From NCBI GenBank assembly GCA_023379025.1, contig JAMCTH010000005.1, forward strand, positions 20,663 through 84,662: DNA of 64,000 bases, read 5' to 3'. The number at the start of each line of letters is the position of its first letter. Within the stretch, counting starts at the first letter, position 1. Shown in pieces: positions 57,510-64,000 of the stretch. The position numbers and the translations under genes were made by a program. Source of the DNA: Patescibacteria group bacterium. GTDB lineage: Bacteria > Patescibacteriota > Microgenomatia > UBA10105 > UBA927. Under the pieces are notes generated by a model. It made no database searches, was not told where the DNA came from, and worked only from the letters and a program-made list of their open reading frames with translations.

Positions 57510-58954
57510 AGTATACCGCGTTTTACCCGTTTCTGCCCGTATACCAGCCTGGATGCGATGGCGCGGCTCCAGACATAGATGTCGCCTGCTCCCATGCATA
57601 TGACGACCGTATGATGAAGATCTGTTGAAAATAAATAGTTCTCCACATCTTCGGGCGCTTCGCCATACCGGACTCTGTGGTGATAAAGAGCGGTTTGACG
57701 GTACAATTGCCGGCCGGAAACGCCGCGCTGTTTTTTTTCCCGTGCCGAAGCATAGATATCGGTTATGATCACCTCGTCCGCATCTTTGAATGACCGGGCG
57801 AACCCGTCAAGGAGTGCGGCGGTCCGCGAGTAAGTATGAGGCTGGAATACCGCAATAATGTGCTGACCGGGAAACCAGTTCCTTGCGCCTCTCAGCGTAG
57901 CGGCTATTTCCCTCGGGTGATGGGCATAATCGTCATACATCCAAAAGCTCCCTCTGTGCGCAAGAAGTTCAAAACGGCGAAGCGTCCCGCCGAAACGTCC
58001 GAGACCCTCACGGATTTTGCGTTTCCCGACGCCGCAACGCTCGGTAGCGACAGCCGCAAGCGCCGCATTGGTTACATTATGCATGCCGGGAACCGCGATA
58101 CGGTAGCGACCTGCAGCTTTACCCTTTCCCAAGAGACGGAATGACGTTTTTCCGCGGGAAAACCTGACCTCCTGTATCCGGTAGGTGGCGCCCGGCTTTT
58201 TCCCTACCGAAACGGCGGAAATGGTTTTCCCGCCGAGTGAGGCAGACCAGCGGTCATCCGCCGATACGATGAGCGTTCCGTCCTTCGGCATGCGGTCGCG
58301 GAGCTTTCTGAATGCACGGATCACGTCGTGTACCGAACCGTACGCATCCGGGTGGTCATAATCGATATTGGTCACGACCAAAACATCCGGGCGCTGCCAT
58401 AAAAACCGGGGTGTCCGGTCATGACCGGGATCCGTCACGTATTCGTCCGCTTCCGCGACAAAGCATACCCCTTTGCCGTAATGACCGGCGGCTCCGATCG
58501 GCCGGATATTGCCGCATCCGATCGCATAGGACGGGTCGAGTCCTGCACCGACCAAAATTGTGGCGATCATTGCCGAGGTTGTGGTCTTCCCGTGACTGCC
58601 GGCAACCGAGATTTGTGTCGCCCCGCTCATATACTGTCCCAGTGCTTGGGCGTGGGAAAGAACCGGAATACCCTCCGCTATTGCCTCATTTACTTCGGGG
58701 TTAGAACGACCGCCATGGGCCCCGGTGTAGATGACGAGATCGGGGTGTTCTTCGGAAATATGCTTCCGGTCAAAGCCCCTCCGCCATAAAATACCGTGAT
58801 CCGACAGTTCCTGATCCGACGGAAACACTTCGTCCCGGTCACTGCCGGAAACACGGTTGCCGCGCTCTTTACAATAGACGGCAAGGGCAGCCATAGCTAT
58901 CCCCTTGATGCCCGTAAAATAAATTTTCAATCGTTTATGCGCCCACTCTGTCAT
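57506..58954 (-). CDS. murC: UDP-N-acetylmuramate--L-alanine ligase
   Basis: IYFTGIKGIAMAALA, AGSHGKTTTSAM and a MurC-type C-terminal domain. Confidence 0.85.
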   Translation of the reverse strand: MTEWAHKRLKIYFTGIKGIAMAALAVYCKERGNRVSGSDRDEVFPSDQELSDHGILWRRGFDRKHISEEHPDLVIYTGAHGGRSNPEVNEAIAEGIPVLSHAQALGQYMSGATQISVAGSHGKTTTSAMIATILVGAGLDPSYAIGCGNIRPIGAAGHYGKGVCFVAEADEYVTDPGHDRTPRFLWQRPDVLVVTNIDYDHPDAYGSVHDVIRAFRKLRDRMPKDGTLIVSADDRWSASLGGKTISAVSVGKKPGATYRIQEVRFSRGKTSFRLLGKGKAAGRYRIAVPGMHNVTNAALAAVATERCGVGKRKIREGLGRFGGTLRRFELLAHRGSFWMYDDYAHHPREIAATLRGARNWFPGQHIIAVFQPHTYSRTAALLDGFARSFKDADEVIITDIYASAREKKQRGVSGRQLYRQTALYHHRVRYGEAPEDVENYLFSTDLHHTVVICMGAGDIYVWSRAIASRLVYGQKRVKRGIL

Positions 58955-58957
58955 AGG

Positions 58958-59710
58958 TCACTCTGATTCCCCCGCACGCATCCCGATGATATTCAGCTGT
59001 TCACCGAACTTCTCATGGCCATCTCTTCGGAACGAATAAAAGCCCCGGTCGCATGCCGTACATCCCGGATATCGCTCTATTGCTTCAGCAGCCACCCCTT
59101 CCTCGTTAAGCTGCCGCATGATAACCGTTTCGAGGGAAAGACAGTGTTTGCCGTCTCCTGCATGCGATACGGCATCTCCGTACCCCGCATCACGGAAAGC
59201 ATCCGACCGGTCTTTTGGGATATGGTAACAACACCGCCGGATGTGCGGACCTATAACCACCCTGATGTCGCCGGCAGGAGCGCCGAGATCGTTCATGCGG
59301 CTGATAAGCTTCCCTGCGATGTTTCCGAGCGTTCCGCGCCATCCGGCATGGGCTGCGCCGATGATACCGGCAGATGCATAGGAAAGAATCGGCACGCAAT
59401 CTGCCGTCCGGATCCCCAAAAATATCCCGTGGCTCGCGCGTTGTGAACGGTCAGCGACCATACCGTCAACACGGTCTAAATCCGATTGCCCGGGTATCCC
59501 GTTTCCGGAAAATACTGCAACCGCCGTGCCGTGCGGCTGACCGGCCGTATAGCATATATCCCCGGCATCCATACACATACGATAAAATTTCCGTCTGGCG
59601 GCATCAGCGCGCATGTCCCCCAAAGCACGAACGGAAAACGCATGGGTAAGACCCGGTATGCCGGACAGCAAACGCGACGTAAGATACCCGGATGGGTGCG
59701 TCATAAACAT
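58958..59710 (-). CDS. pgeF: Peptidoglycan editing factor PgeF / YfiH-family (DUF152, laccase-domain) protein
   Basis: TADCVPIL, AHAGWRG and HIRRCCY motifs of the YfiH family. Confidence 0.7.
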   Translation of the reverse strand: MFMTHPSGYLTSRLLSGIPGLTHAFSVRALGDMRADAARRKFYRMCMDAGDICYTAGQPHGTAVAVFSGNGIPGQSDLDRVDGMVADRSQRASHGIFLGIRTADCVPILSYASAGIIGAAHAGWRGTLGNIAGKLISRMNDLGAPAGDIRVVIGPHIRRCCYHIPKDRSDAFRDAGYGDAVSHAGDGKHCLSLETVIMRQLNEEGVAAEAIERYPGCTACDRGFYSFRRDGHEKFGEQLNIIGMRAGESE

Positions 59711-59714
59711 GCGG

Positions 59715-60941
59715 TTACCTCTTTTTCCGGAGCGCCTTCCCGGCTTCCTCAACATCACTCCAGGGTATTTCCCTCCTGCCCCGGCAGAGACTTTGTTCGT
59801 GTCCCTTTCCCGTTATAAGCACGAGATCGCCCGGTCTGGCCGACCCGATGGCAAACACCACGGCATCCCTGCGCTGTCCCAACCTGTATACCGTTTTTCC
59901 TTCCGGTATACCGCCCGCGATCTCGTTCATAATGGTCTCGACGTTTTCTGTCCGGTAATCCTCTTCCGTCAGCACGATGATATCGGAAAAACGCGCGGAC
60001 GCCTGCCCCATAAGCGGCCGTTTGCTCCGGTCCCGAAGACCCGCGCTTCCGAAGACATGGATAAGCCGTTTCTTCGTCAATGTTCGCACGGTACGCAGTA
60101 CCTGCAACAGTGCATTCGGTGTGTGGGCAAAATCGACAATAACCCAAAACGGTTTTTTCTGCACGACCTCGAGCCTTCCCTTTACTCCTTCAAAAGACGC
60201 AATTGCTTTTCTGGCGATACCCATGTCAATACCAAGGGCCCCGGCCGCCGCAAGCGCCGCAAGACAATTGTATCTGTTAAACTCACCGGGTAGTTCCGTC
60301 GTAAACGGTACCGTTTCGGGGTTTATTTTTGCTTCCCTTCTGATTCCGTACGAAAAAAAGCGTTTATTGCGGAGAAAGGGGGCCGCGCGGGTATATGTTT
60401 CCGCATCATCCCGGTTGATAACGGCAATAGCCGCGCGCCGGAGCAACGACAGCTTGGCGGCCCGGTAGTGTTCCATGGTTTTATGCCAGTCAAGATGCTC
60501 GTGCGTGACGTTTGTCAGTACACCCACGGCAAACGGAATACCGAACACCCTATGCTGTGAGAGTCCGTGAGACGTCACCTCAAGGACAACATGCGTATCG
60601 CCGTGATCGACCGCCTTACGCAGATACCGCTGTACCGCAAAAGAATCGGGTGTCGTGACATGGAAGCCGGTGTCGTATACGCGGCCGCCTACGACCGCAT
60701 GGACCGAGGTGATCATGGATGCCCGGATCCCGGCCGCTTTCAGAATCGTGTAGATGAGCGTTGCGGTTGTTGTTTTACCGTCGGTCCCCGTGACGCCGAT
60801 GACCGTCAATCGCCGGCCCGGAAACCGGAACCAGAGGACGGCAAAGAGCGCAATGAAGAAATGATACAGCCCTTTTAGGCTCCGGAGCATACGGTCAATT
60901 ATAGCACGCATAAACGCCCCAAGTCGAACCCGTACCTGCAA
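59715..60941 (-). CDS. murE: Mur ligase, MurE-like (UDP-MurNAc-L-Ala-D-Glu--diamino acid ligase)
   Basis: VIGVTGTDGKTTT, EVTSHGL, VIVDFAHTP; its position next to ftsI fits murE. Which amino acid is added (mDAP or Lys) cannot be read by eye. Confidence 0.7.
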   Translation of the reverse strand: MQVRVRLGAFMRAIIDRMLRSLKGLYHFFIALFAVLWFRFPGRRLTVIGVTGTDGKTTTATLIYTILKAAGIRASMITSVHAVVGGRVYDTGFHVTTPDSFAVQRYLRKAVDHGDTHVVLEVTSHGLSQHRVFGIPFAVGVLTNVTHEHLDWHKTMEHYRAAKLSLLRRAAIAVINRDDAETYTRAAPFLRNKRFFSYGIRREAKINPETVPFTTELPGEFNRYNCLAALAAAGALGIDMGIARKAIASFEGVKGRLEVVQKKPFWVIVDFAHTPNALLQVLRTVRTLTKKRLIHVFGSAGLRDRSKRPLMGQASARFSDIIVLTEEDYRTENVETIMNEIAGGIPEGKTVYRLGQRRDAVVFAIGSARPGDLVLITGKGHEQSLCRGRREIPWSDVEEAGKALRKKR

Positions 60942-60952
60942 TCTTTCGTCGG

Positions 60953-62626
60953 TTACTGTGGCGGGATACCGTAGTAGGAAAAGAGATCATCGGCGATCCT
61001 GAAAAATACCGGTGCTGCGGTTTCCGACCCCCAGATCGATGCCGTCGGCTCCGAAAGGGTAACCAGCATCACAAACTTCGGATCGTCCGCAGGGGCAAAT
61101 CCCACAAACGATGCTATGGTCTTTTGCGCATCGTAGTGCCCTGCAACAGGAACCTGGGCGGTTCCGGTTTTCCCTGCGATTCTGTATCCGGCGGGTTTGG
61201 CCCATTTAGCTTCTCCCTTGTCAACGGCCGCGATCATCATCTCCGTCATGATATGGGCCGCTGATGTGCTTATCACCTGACGTATGCGTTTGGGGGGTAT
61301 CGGGATGACTTTTCCGCGGCTGTCCGTAATCGTTTTGACGACATGCGGCTCCATAAGCCAGCCGCCGTTGGCAAGAGCGGCAACAGCGCGCACCATCTGA
61401 AGCGGGGTCACGGCAATTCCCTGACCGAAGGACGCCGTGGCAAGATCGATATCCGCCCATGCATTGTCCGGCCGGAGTTCCGGTGAAGCCTCATCCTCGA
61501 GATCTACTCCCGTCGGCACTCCGAATCCGAACGCGTGAATAAGCGAAAGCATCCGGTCCCGTCCGAGGAGACGCTCTATGGCTACCATGCCGACGTTTGA
61601 TGAGTATTCGAGGACCTGCGTCGTTGTGATCTGGCCATGGTATTGATTATTCCATGTCCTGATGAAATATCCCGCAACAGGAACCGGGCCCGTTTCCGGA
61701 ACCTTCGTATCCGGCGTGACGAGTTTTGCATTTATGGCCGTGCCCATAACCAGCACCTTAAACGTAGAGCCGGGTTCGTAGGAACCTGCAACGATCGGAT
61801 TTTTATACACATCCCTGCTGTACTCCCCGAAATTACCGGGGTCATAATTAGGAAACGATGCCATAGCTAAGACCCCGCCGGTTTTCGGATCGAGTATGGT
61901 TACGGTACCGGATTTGGCACCGTACTGTTCGATCCCCTCTTTGAGCCGTTTCTCTGCAATATACTGAACCGTTCGGTCAAGCCATAGCGTAAGATCACGG
62001 CCGTCCTGGGGCTCAATGCGCTCGCTGTCTCCGATAAGGATCGGTGCTCCGCGGACATCCTTTTCCATTCTGAGCTCCCCGTCCTTGCCGCGGAGTTCGC
62101 GGTCATAATACCCTTCCAGTCCGAAATATCCTTTATCCTTGCCGTCCGTATCCGAGCCGACAAACCCCAAAAGCTGCGCGGCCATCGAGCTTTCCGGATA
62201 ATATCTTCTCGACTCGTTTTCAAACCCAAGGCCGTCCAGATGAAGCGCCTTCAGGGTTGCTGCGGTTGCGTCGTCCACTTTATGGGCCAGGGGAATCCAG
62301 ACTCTTCCCGGCTGGCTCAACTCACGCGCAAGGTTCGTCTCGTCTCTTCCGAAAATTCCGGACACCCCGCGGGAAAACAAAGGAATATTGTTGATCTTTC
62401 CTGGTTCGGCATAGACCAGATGTCCGATTTCATTCATGGCTAGGGGGTTGCCGTCTGAAGCAAAGATACTGCCTCTTAACGCCGGAAGCGTAAGTTCCGC
62501 ATAGTACTGAGCCTCAGCCGCGAGGCGCAGACTATCGGCGGCAACAACCTGCCAGTAAAAGAGCCTGAGAAAGATGACGGCATAAACGATAAGAATGATC
62601 GTAAACAGTATCCGGATTCTCCACAT
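60953..62626 (-). CDS. ftsI: Class B penicillin-binding protein (FtsI/PBP2-type transpeptidase)
   Basis: N-terminal TM helix and dimerisation domain; SxxK (STFK), SSN and KTGTA transpeptidase motifs. Confidence 0.85.
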   Translation of the reverse strand: MWRIRILFTIILIVYAVIFLRLFYWQVVAADSLRLAAEAQYYAELTLPALRGSIFASDGNPLAMNEIGHLVYAEPGKINNIPLFSRGVSGIFGRDETNLARELSQPGRVWIPLAHKVDDATAATLKALHLDGLGFENESRRYYPESSMAAQLLGFVGSDTDGKDKGYFGLEGYYDRELRGKDGELRMEKDVRGAPILIGDSERIEPQDGRDLTLWLDRTVQYIAEKRLKEGIEQYGAKSGTVTILDPKTGGVLAMASFPNYDPGNFGEYSRDVYKNPIVAGSYEPGSTFKVLVMGTAINAKLVTPDTKVPETGPVPVAGYFIRTWNNQYHGQITTTQVLEYSSNVGMVAIERLLGRDRMLSLIHAFGFGVPTGVDLEDEASPELRPDNAWADIDLATASFGQGIAVTPLQMVRAVAALANGGWLMEPHVVKTITDSRGKVIPIPPKRIRQVISTSAAHIMTEMMIAAVDKGEAKWAKPAGYRIAGKTGTAQVPVAGHYDAQKTIASFVGFAPADDPKFVMLVTLSEPTASIWGSETAAPVFFRIADDLFSYYGIPPQ

Positions 62627-62659
62627 AGGCTGGTATCCGTACAGTGTAACACGAAGACA

Positions 62660-62953
62660 TTAGCGGATGTTCTGAAGTGCCACCTGCTCCTCGCCGAGAG
62701 AGAGGTATGTGGGTGTTGCCGTAAAACCCATTGCCGCGGCTTTTGCTTCAATTGTCAGAAGAGAGCTTGCAGATGCTACTTTTTGGCTTAACAGCTCGTT
62801 TTCCGTCCGGAGCGTTTCGATATCGCTATCAAGCTGCATGGCGTTCCGGCTCATGCCGGCAAATTCGTTACTCAAACCGATCTCAACAACGACCAGCACC
62901 GCCGCAATGAGCGGCATGACACTGAATATGATTTTTATGCCCTTTTGTATCAT
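62660..62953 (-). CDS. ftsL: Cell division protein FtsL-like
   Basis: 97 aa, a single TM helix followed by a coiled coil (DSDIETLRTENELLSQKVA), between rsmH and ftsI. Confidence 0.6.
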   Translation of the reverse strand: MIQKGIKIIFSVMPLIAAVLVVVEIGLSNEFAGMSRNAMQLDSDIETLRTENELLSQKVASASSLLTIEAKAAAMGFTATPTYLSLGEEQVALQNIR

Positions 62954-63834
62954 AGTTTTTCCGCAACGCGCAGTTTTGCGCTTCTTGCACGTCTATTCTG
63001 AGACAGTTCCCGGGCATTTGGTGTCAGCGGTTTTTTCGTTACCATGTGCCACGGACCGGTGCGCATTTCCTGTTTGACCATACGGTCTTCCAGCGAATGA
63101 AAACTCAAAACGACCAGTCTTCCGCCACGCTTTACGAGTACCCGCGATCCCTCAAGACCTTCCCTGAGCGCTCCCATTTCGTCGTTTACCGCGATCCTGA
63201 GCGCCTGATAAACCCTCGCGGCAATCCCGGGAATTTCCGCAATGTGGTGACCCGCATCCTTCACTATTGCCATGAGTCCGTCTGCCGTTTTCACCGGTCT
63301 TACCGAACGGGCGCGCACAATACCATGAGCAATGCGCCGAGCAGACTGTTCTTCACCATATGTTGCCAGAATTTCATACAAGTCATCCTCCGACAGACGG
63401 CGTAGTAGTGATTCCCCTGTTTCACCGCTCGTTCTGTCAAACCGAAGATCAATAGGTGCATCAGGAAACCGATAACTGAATCCCCGCTCTTTGGTATCGA
63501 GCTCAAAGCTCGATACCCCGAGATCAAACAGCATTCCTTCCACGTTCTCCCATCCGGTATCTTTGGCTATGGTCACCACATTGCGGAAATTCCCTTTTAC
63601 GATAATCCAGTCTTTCCCTTCCTCCGCTTCGGGTCGTACCCTGCGTAGGTTCCTCCGCGCTTCCGCAACCGCATCGGCATCCGCGTCGATCCCCAGCACT
63701 ATGCCACCCTGTTCCACAATACCCAGAGCGTGTCCTCCACCCCCTGCCGTTGCATCTATATACCGCTTCCCTCTCCGAATACCTAGGGCGTCAATAACTT
63801 CTTTTGCCAGTACCGGCGTATGAAATGTGCTCAT
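62950..63834 (-). CDS. rsmH: 16S rRNA (cytosine1402-N4)-methyltransferase RsmH (MraW)
   Basis: HTPVLAKEVIDAL, DATAGGGGH, SFHSLEDRMVK. Confidence 0.9.
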   Translation of the reverse strand: MSTFHTPVLAKEVIDALGIRRGKRYIDATAGGGGHALGIVEQGGIVLGIDADADAVAEARRNLRRVRPEAEEGKDWIIVKGNFRNVVTIAKDTGWENVEGMLFDLGVSSFELDTKERGFSYRFPDAPIDLRFDRTSGETGESLLRRLSEDDLYEILATYGEEQSARRIAHGIVRARSVRPVKTADGLMAIVKDAGHHIAEIPGIAARVYQALRIAVNDEMGALREGLEGSRVLVKRGGRLVVLSFHSLEDRMVKQEMRTGPWHMVTKKPLTPNARELSQNRRARSAKLRVAEKL

Positions 63835-64000
63835 ACGACCTCAAGTTTTGCCGAGTACTCGCTCCACTGCACCTTATCCCACAGTTCGAAATGATCTCCG
63901 GCCCCCACTACAACTACCTCTTTCCGGATACATGCGTATTCCTTGAGCTGGGCAGGCAAGAGAATACGGCCAAGCTTGTCTATTTCAACCTTTTCGGCTC
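63831..64000 (-). CDS. mraZ: Transcriptional regulator MraZ, C-terminal part (N-terminus beyond window end)
   Basis: The reverse complement translates ...IDKLGRILLPAQLKEYA...VVVVGAGDHFELWDKVQWSEY*, the second MraZ/SpoVT-AbrB repeat; its stop overlaps the rsmH ATG (ATGA). Confidence 0.7.
   Translation of the reverse strand, partial: AEKVEIDKLGRILLPAQLKEYACIRKEVVVVGAGDHFELWDKVQWSEYSAKLEVV

Noticed and set aside
1-64000. Insertion sequences, integrases, rRNA or cas genes
   Set aside because: No transposase-, integrase- or Cas-like translation and no rRNA-like sequence was seen in any frame.

Overview
This is a 64-kb window of a high-GC (roughly 55-60%) bacterial chromosome. It is densely coding and mostly on the minus strand, with many ATGA/4-bp gene overlaps.

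Gene content in order:
- 1-10 kb: a partial GGDEF-like gene, then gatC-gatA-gatB (tRNA-dependent amidotransferase), then murT-gatD (lipid II iso-glutamine amidation), lemA-htpX and a PolX/PHP DNA polymerase.
- 10-16 kb: tRNA-Asp, a 2xLysM protein, and tRNA-Gly followed by a 1-kb AT-rich islet carrying a vapBC toxin-antitoxin pair bounded by a repeat of the tRNA 3' end. Then hypothetical genes, an EamA transporter, tRNA-Thr, TspO and a DUF2130-like coiled-coil protein.
- 15.6-27 kb: a surface-glycan cluster (Ig-like protein, O-antigen-ligase-like protein, GT2/GT4 transferases, two GT-C-type membrane transferases) and a secreted class-2 lipase with a Thr/Pro linker.
- 26.8-28 kb: a gene-decay stretch with a short-chain dehydrogenase/reductase (SDR) fragment, then tRNA-Val and lepB.
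- 28.6-37.5 kb: parB-rpmA-THUMP methyltransferase-rplU-rodA-ileS on the minus strand, with ileS preceded by a T-box-like leader and a sigma70-like promoter; a CRP/FNR-type palindrome sits in the divergent promoter region shared with an ABC exporter.
- 37.5-40.4 kb: a mixed-GC island of five unassignable ORFs bounded by a ~30-bp two-hairpin repeat, with a third copy inside.
- 40.4-64 kb: an atypical division-and-cell-wall (dcw) cluster running ftsZ-ftsA-ftsQ-murG-ftsW-mraY-dgkA-femX-MBL-cvpA/CAP-degT-murF-hydrolase-glmU-like-murA-murB-murC-pgeF-murE-ftsI-ftsL-rsmH-mraZ(partial). murD and ddl are absent from it.

No CRISPR array, rRNA or transposase was recognised. All calls rest on reading the ORF translations and the DNA by eye; nothing was searched or folded computationally.
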